A DNA stretch of 64,000 bases from Candidatus Thorarchaeota archaeon (GTDB lineage: Archaea > Asgardarchaeota > Thorarchaeia > Thorarchaeales > Thorarchaeaceae), in NCBI GenBank assembly GCA_963726195.1, contig CAVSBO010000003.1, positions 256,001 to 320,000 on the forward strand, written 5' to 3'. Under the pieces are notes generated by a model. That model was given only the letters and a program-made list of their open reading frames with translations, made no database searches and was not told the DNA's origin. Below are positions 59,265 through 64,000 of the stretch, piece by piece. A program made the position numbers and the translations under genes. The stretch's first letter is position 1, and every line of letters starts with the position of its first letter.

Positions 59265-60857
59265 GTGACAACGAATCTGGACACAAAGCCAACGACCGTG
59301 ACTGTGTTTCGAGATGGAGCAAGAGTCACAAGAACCGGCTTGACTCATGCAGCTCTAGGCGAGCAATCCTTTGTCATTTCAGATATAACGGGCTATGCAC
59401 AAGACGACAGCTTCCGTGTCAAGGGCACTGGCTCTGCGGCGCTGAAGGGAATCGATGTCAAGAAGAAGCAATTGACATTCGAACCTGCAGGAAGCCTGAA
59501 AGAGCTAAAGGCGGAGCTCGACAAGATTGAGAGACGAAAGATAACTCTGACAGACCTTATCGTGTACCAAGAGTCCCGCGTTGCCCAACTCGCTTCTATC
59601 AGCAAGCAATTCTATTCCGAGTTCGGCAAGTGGTATGCCGCCAAGGAGTCTAAGATGGATCAGATGACTGCCATGGACAAAGCTTCAATGGAGCTTCTGC
59701 GCGACGCAAAGAAGAAACTCAGAGACTCAAGAGAAGAACTCAAGGAAGTAGAAGCTAAGTACAGTGCAGTCCAATCGAACATCAATAGAGTGCAAGGTGA
59801 GCGTCGCACTGAAACAATCACCGAAGTGACGGTGGCTCTCGAGGTATCCGAGGAGACGGACATACGCTTGGATATCACATACCAGCTCAGCAATGCGGGA
59901 TGGGAACCCAACTACGATATAGACATAGGAGACAAGAAGGCTCGTATCAGAAGAATCGCCATGATTGCGAATCAGAGCATGGAAGACTGGAATGACGTGG
60001 CCCTCACCGTGTCAACGGCATCTGCAAGACCCGTCGAGGCAGTCAAGCCTGAACCATTTTACGTTGATGTCTACCAACCGGTCGTTCTTCGTGCAATGGG
60101 TGCTCCGGGAGGTGGGGCTGGACGACCTATGCCGCGAGAAGCAGCCGAAAAGGATCTCATGTTTGAACAAGAGGCAGAAGAACAAGCACCAGAAGCTGCC
60201 GAGGAAATGGCTCAGCGTTACGCTGAGACCGCGGAATCAATTAGCGGCACGGTCATGTATGAGCTGCCTGGCACAGTGAGCATTCTCTCAACGGTCGAAC
60301 CACACCCCGTCACTCTAACAGAGGAAGCCTTCGAAAGTAAGAGGCTTCATTTCTGGAATGCTTACGCCATGCGAGAGGTGGTAGCTCAGGACGAAATCAC
60401 AAATGGCGACTCTGTCTTGCTCCCGGGACCAACAAAGGTCTATTCTACTGGCGACTTCATCGGTCAGACTTACCTAGGAATGGTGGCGCCCAGAGAGAAG
60501 TTCCGTTTGGGCACGAGAAGTGCGTACGACATCAAGGCGGAGAAGAAGCTTCTAACAAAGGACACAGAAAAGGCTGGCATTTCCAAGGGCAAGAGAAGAC
60601 GCGAGTACAAGTATCGTCTAGCTTTCAAGAACTTCGCAAAGGAGAAGATAGAGGTCAAGGTCGTAGACAGGATTCCGTATAGCAACACAGAGAAGATTAC
60701 TGTATCCCTCCAAACACCTTCCCTTCCTTATGACAAGTCTGAGCTCGGAATCATCGAATGGAATGCAGCCATCGAGCCAGCAAAGGAACTCAACATAGAC
60801 TACGGGTATATAGTTGAGTGGGAGCAGCAAATCGAGATACGGCCGCCTTTGCCATAG
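59265..60857 (+). CDS. DUF4140/DUF4139 (MuiA-like) protein, copy 2
   Basis: VTVFRDGARVTR, AGWEPNYD, NQSMEDW..V.L..ST, LLPG, VDRIP; GAGGTGA RBS before GTG 59265. Confidence 0.88.
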   Translation: MTTNLDTKPTTVTVFRDGARVTRTGLTHAALGEQSFVISDITGYAQDDSFRVKGTGSAALKGIDVKKKQLTFEPAGSLKELKAELDKIERRKITLTDLIVYQESRVAQLASISKQFYSEFGKWYAAKESKMDQMTAMDKASMELLRDAKKKLRDSREELKEVEAKYSAVQSNINRVQGERRTETITEVTVALEVSEETDIRLDITYQLSNAGWEPNYDIDIGDKKARIRRIAMIANQSMEDWNDVALTVSTASARPVEAVKPEPFYVDVYQPVVLRAMGAPGGGAGRPMPREAAEKDLMFEQEAEEQAPEAAEEMAQRYAETAESISGTVMYELPGTVSILSTVEPHPVTLTEEAFESKRLHFWNAYAMREVVAQDEITNGDSVLLPGPTKVYSTGDFIGQTYLGMVAPREKFRLGTRSAYDIKAEKKLLTKDTEKAGISKGKRRREYKYRLAFKNFAKEKIEVKVVDRIPYSNTEKITVSLQTPSLPYDKSELGIIEWNAAIEPAKELNIDYGYIVEWEQQIEIRPPLP

Positions 60858-60931
60858 CTCTTGATCGCAGATTCGAAGAACCAGCAACAGATAGTAAGAT
60901 ATGAACCTACAACTTGTCAGTACTTCAACTG

Positions 60932-61180
60932 TCAATCAGGATTATCGAGTGGACCGTGTCCTGCGGGATAGACGCTCTGTCTTTTGTACGTCACCCCGCA
61001 CCCGAACGCTATCACGCAGACGCTGACGAGCGCAGCCAAATGCACAACAAGGTTCGCACCACTATTGACAACTAGGTCGCGAATCATCGATGTAAAGATG
61101 AAAATCAAAATGACAAATACAGGCAGCATGATATAATAGTAGGCACAAGGGTAGTCCCTTCTCAAGTCGTGTTCGGTTAT
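60932..61180 (-). CDS. Small 2-TM protein, duplicate A (start ATA at 61180 or TTG at 61165)
   Basis: Paralog of 61465-61716 (DLV.N.GANLVV, FGCGV.Y.R, GPLD.PD). Confidence 0.65.
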   Translation of the reverse strand: MTEHDLRRDYPCAYYYIMLPVFVILIFIFTSMIRDLVVNSGANLVVHLAALVSVCVIAFGCGVTYKRQSVYPAGHGPLDNPD

Positions 61181-61464
61181 GCCTTCCCAACCCCTCGTGT
61201 CGTCTACGATCCAAACGAGTGGAGCAAGGACCCATGCCCAGTGACTCGCTCAATTCGCAGGTGGAAATCGTATGCTATTAAGCTCTTGCACTCCCCGAAG
61301 GAATGCATTGTACGAGTGTGCCATTTCATCGACTCGGTACACAACTCGTTTCATCGACCTAAGATAGTTATCAACGATGATGCTCTCTTGGGCGAATGGG
61401 CATGCGAAGAGACGTCATCTCATCCGAAGGTCAGCATTTGACCTTCAGCTCGTGACCAAAGCGA

Positions 61465-61716
61465 CTATCTGTCAGGGTCATCGAGTGGACCGCGGACGGC
61501 AGGATTGATGCCCCGTCGGTTGTATCCCACGCCACACCCGAACACCGGGACAGAGTAAAAGACGAACGTAGCCAATAATACGACAAGATTCGCACCAGCA
61601 TTGAACACTAGGTCATAAGCCATTTCTGCGAAGATGAGAATCACGGGAATCAGTATGAGCGCCATGAATGAGTAGTAGAAACGAGGATGCTCTCTTTTCC
61701 CATATCCATTGGTCAC
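61465..61716 (-). CDS. Small 2-TM protein, duplicate B
   Basis: Paralog of 60932-61180. Confidence 0.7.
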   Translation of the reverse strand: MTNGYGKREHPRFYYSFMALILIPVILIFAEMAYDLVFNAGANLVVLLATFVFYSVPVFGCGVGYNRRGINPAVRGPLDDPDR

Positions 61717-61843
61717 GTCTCACAACCCCTAGCTTCGCGCACGATTCAGACGAGTCAACCCAAGTCCTGTACCCGGTAACTCTCCCAATCCCATAGCTCA
61801 CTTCGGATGCTATTAAACTCTTGCCACCCCCGAAGCAGTGTGC

Positions 61844-63187
61844 TCACCAATGCGTCATCTCATCAACTAGGAATACAATTCGCTTCATTGACTTCAGGTA
61901 GTTGTCAATGATTATGCTCTCGTTGGGCGAGTGAACACGTGAGAAGAAATCTCCACAGCCAACAGACACCATCGGGACTTTATCCTTGAAAAGATACAGC
62001 GGACCCGACCCCGGTGACGTGATATGTATGTCAGGGTCATGCCCGAATGCTCTTCGGTTCGCTGCCGCGACTACCTTCACAAACGGATGATTGACCGGTA
62101 CCTTGGCCGCAGGGTAACCCTCGTGCCAAAGTATGTTGACTTTCGAGAAGCCGTTCTGATCCAGGTGAAGCCTGAGCTTCCTCAGTATGTCTTCCGGGTC
62201 CATTCCTTCGATGAGCCTGAAATCCACTTTGGCGGAAGCCTTCGCTGGTAGAACGGTTTTGGACCCTTCCCCTTGCCAGCCGCTGTCAAGACCACATATG
62301 TTGCATGTCGGCTTGTTATAGTAAGCCTCTTTTACTTCCATCCCTGACATGCCGTTCAGGAAATCCTCAATTCCGTAGTGTTCTTTGAATACTTGCTCTT
62401 GAAGGTCCATCTTTGTGACTGCCTCGACTTCTGGTGCTGACAGAGGCCTTATGCCGTCATAGAAACCCCGAATCTGAATGCGACCATGCTGGTCTTTGAG
62501 AGACGCAAGAGCGTGTACAAGAGTGTAGGCCGCAGAGGGGAGTACACATGCGTTGGCAGAATGCGCATCATGAGAGAGAAGCTGGCTTTCCAGCTGGACG
62601 TACAATATGCCTTTCAAACCCAGCCAAGCTTCTTGTGTTCCTCCTGGTCCAGAGCCCCCGAATTCCCATATCCCGCCATCAGCTCTCAAAAAAGATGCAT
62701 TGTCACGTACGAACTCTGGAAGGTGGGGGCTACTGATTTCCTCCTCACCCTCCACGAGGAACCTCACGTTGATTGACAGCTCGTGACCGGTTTCCTTGAG
62801 CGCCTTCATCGCCCATATTCGAGTCATGAGGTCACCCTTGTTGTCTGCCACGCCACGGCCAAAGATACGTCCGTTTCGTATCACTGGATTGTAAGGTGGC
62901 GATTCCCAGAGGTCTAGTGGCTCGGCGGGCTGCACATCATAGTGATCATAGAAGAGCAGAGTCCTTCTAGCGCCTGTGTTCAGCTCTCCCGTGACAACTG
63001 GCCAGCCTGATGTCTCATGCATCCGCGTTTCAAGACCTGCTTCGCTCAGCATCCTCTCGGCAAGCTCTGCGGCCTCGGTCATGCCCTCGCCCTTTGCGGC
63101 TACTGAGGGGATACGACAGAGCCTCTTCAGATCCTGAATGGACTTGCCCAAGGTTCTGTCTACATAAGTAATGGCGTCTTCAATCAT
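61844..63187 (-). CDS. M20-family metallopeptidase/deacylase
   Basis: HYDVQP, GRGVADNKG, EGEEE.SS, H.PNE. Confidence 0.92.
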   Translation of the reverse strand: MIEDAITYVDRTLGKSIQDLKRLCRIPSVAAKGEGMTEAAELAERMLSEAGLETRMHETSGWPVVTGELNTGARRTLLFYDHYDVQPAEPLDLWESPPYNPVIRNGRIFGRGVADNKGDLMTRIWAMKALKETGHELSINVRFLVEGEEEISSPHLPEFVRDNASFLRADGGIWEFGGSGPGGTQEAWLGLKGILYVQLESQLLSHDAHSANACVLPSAAYTLVHALASLKDQHGRIQIRGFYDGIRPLSAPEVEAVTKMDLQEQVFKEHYGIEDFLNGMSGMEVKEAYYNKPTCNICGLDSGWQGEGSKTVLPAKASAKVDFRLIEGMDPEDILRKLRLHLDQNGFSKVNILWHEGYPAAKVPVNHPFVKVVAAANRRAFGHDPDIHITSPGSGPLYLFKDKVPMVSVGCGDFFSRVHSPNESIIIDNYLKSMKRIVFLVDEMTHW

Positions 63188-63269
63188 GATGCCGCCCGAT
63201 TAGTTGGGTATGAGACCCCAGTCAAATATACTGCGGTCATTCAATTGCGGCTGTCCGAAACACCGAATG

Positions 63270-63309
63270 AAAGAAAAGAAGTGAGAGGCTAGTCCGGAAG
63301 GGCTAGCCT
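63270..63309 (-). terminator. Hairpin plus T-tract downstream of the small Cys-rich gene
   Basis: AGGCTAG...CTAGCCT (63286-63309) followed on the minus strand by CTTCTTTTCTTT. Confidence 0.5.
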
Positions 63310-63378
63310 GCTGCCACTGTTGCTTGTCGCAATGAACATCAGCAACAGCAGTTGCCGGTAAGACCGGTTCCCCAGCTC

Positions 63379-63531
63379 TTAGAGACTAACTGGCCGGCAG
63401 AGGTTATCCTTCTTGTTCGCCGATCTGCCACAGACCTCACAGATGAACTGCGGGTTCTTGACCAACTTTCTCATGTCATCGACGCCATGGTGCTTGGCGT
63501 ACTCGCAAAGATGTTGACTGTGTTCACTCAT
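63379..63531 (-). CDS. Small Cys/His metal-binding protein (50 aa)
   Basis: HLC...LV.NP.FICEVCGRSA....NLC.P; AGGAGG RBS upstream. Confidence 0.75.
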   Translation of the reverse strand: MSEHSQHLCEYAKHHGVDDMRKLVKNPQFICEVCGRSANKKDNLCRPVSL

Positions 63532-63645
63532 GCTTTGTCCTCCTGACAAGCAATCAGATGGAGAGCACGCCGCACTTCTAATAAGGGTTGGCAAATGATA
63601 CCGCTAGATATGCATATATATTGGCTCCGAGGCTGACAGCAATCC

Positions 63646-64000
63646 ATGCAGAACACGCCGGCTACGAGTGATTGGCCGAGGCTTGGGTCGGTATACCGTT
63701 CTGCTTTCTTCTGTAGCTTCGGCTTCTTTGTCGTCTCCTTTCTCATCCCGATCATAGCATATAGCTACATGGGCGCCTCAGGCACAGAGGTCGCCCTTGT
63801 CTTCTCTTTGCTCATATTGGGATCGGCTGTATTCTCTCCTGTTGCCGGTAGGTTTGCAGCAAGAGGATTGAGACGCCAGTGTATTTCTGCAGGAGCAATC
63901 GTGCGTGCTGCTGCCTACCTTGGCATGGCCTCGGCTATTGCGCTTGGCTCACTCAGTAACCTGATTGTGAACAGCCTCTTGTGGGGTCTCGGTGCAGCGT
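63646..64000 (+). CDS. MFS transporter (5' part; runs off the window)
   Basis: Manual translation MQNTP...AFFCSFGFFVVSFLIPII...GAS..EVALV...FSPVAGRFAARGLRR, resembling MFS motif A. Confidence 0.75.
   Translation, partial: MQNTPATSDWPRLGSVYRSAFFCSFGFFVVSFLIPIIAYSYMGASGTEVALVFSLLILGSAVFSPVAGRFAARGLRRQCISAGAIVRAAAYLGMASAIALGSLSNLIVNSLLWGLGAA

Larger units (their letters stand above)
60930..61840. repeat. Diverged tandem duplication of gene, leader and promoter (copies offset by ~535 bp)
   Basis: ATGCTATTAAGCTCTTGCACTCCCCGAAG (61272-61300) vs ATGCTATTAAACTCTTGCCACCCCCGAAG (61807-61835); shared leader motifs. Confidence 0.7.

Noticed and set aside
384-63755. Numerous 60-200 aa ORFs antisense to or overlapping the called genes
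   Set aside because: Shadow ORFs without motifs, expected at this GC content.

Overview
This is a gene-dense archaeal window, most consistent with an Asgard archaeon of Thorarchaeia type. The supporting genes are two Rab/Ras-like small GTPases, a longin-like protein, an 'IDLSPL' LRR protein, archaeal iorAB, a PDO, DUF22 and a single-OB SSB. Most of the content is peptide/amino-acid catabolism (iorAB, tldD/pmbA, dpp/opp ABC operon, M20 peptidase, isoaspartyl peptidase, DDAH, SpeA-like decarboxylase), thiol/iron redox (PDO, two TrxR-like proteins, Grx, two Trx, two ferritin-like proteins, rubredoxin, DsrEFH), transporters and thrS. I saw no rRNA, tRNA, CRISPR array or transposase. The best candidate for an undescribed system is a tightly packed minus-strand four-gene operon (8481-11109): Zn-ribbon protein, longin-like protein, ~15-TM protein (apparently 2x7TM) and Rab-like GTPase, which looks like a membrane-receptor-coupled small-GTPase module. 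Also notable are two unlinked proteins sharing a Lys-tip + (Pro-Ala)n rod (one standalone, one fused to rubredoxin), an SSB with an RGG/YGG tail, and a multi-stem structured intergenic element at ~26.9-27.15 kb. About 15 apparent single-base frameshifts in 12 genes most likely reflect long-read or assembly errors. All family assignments come from motif recognition by eye; no database searches were run.
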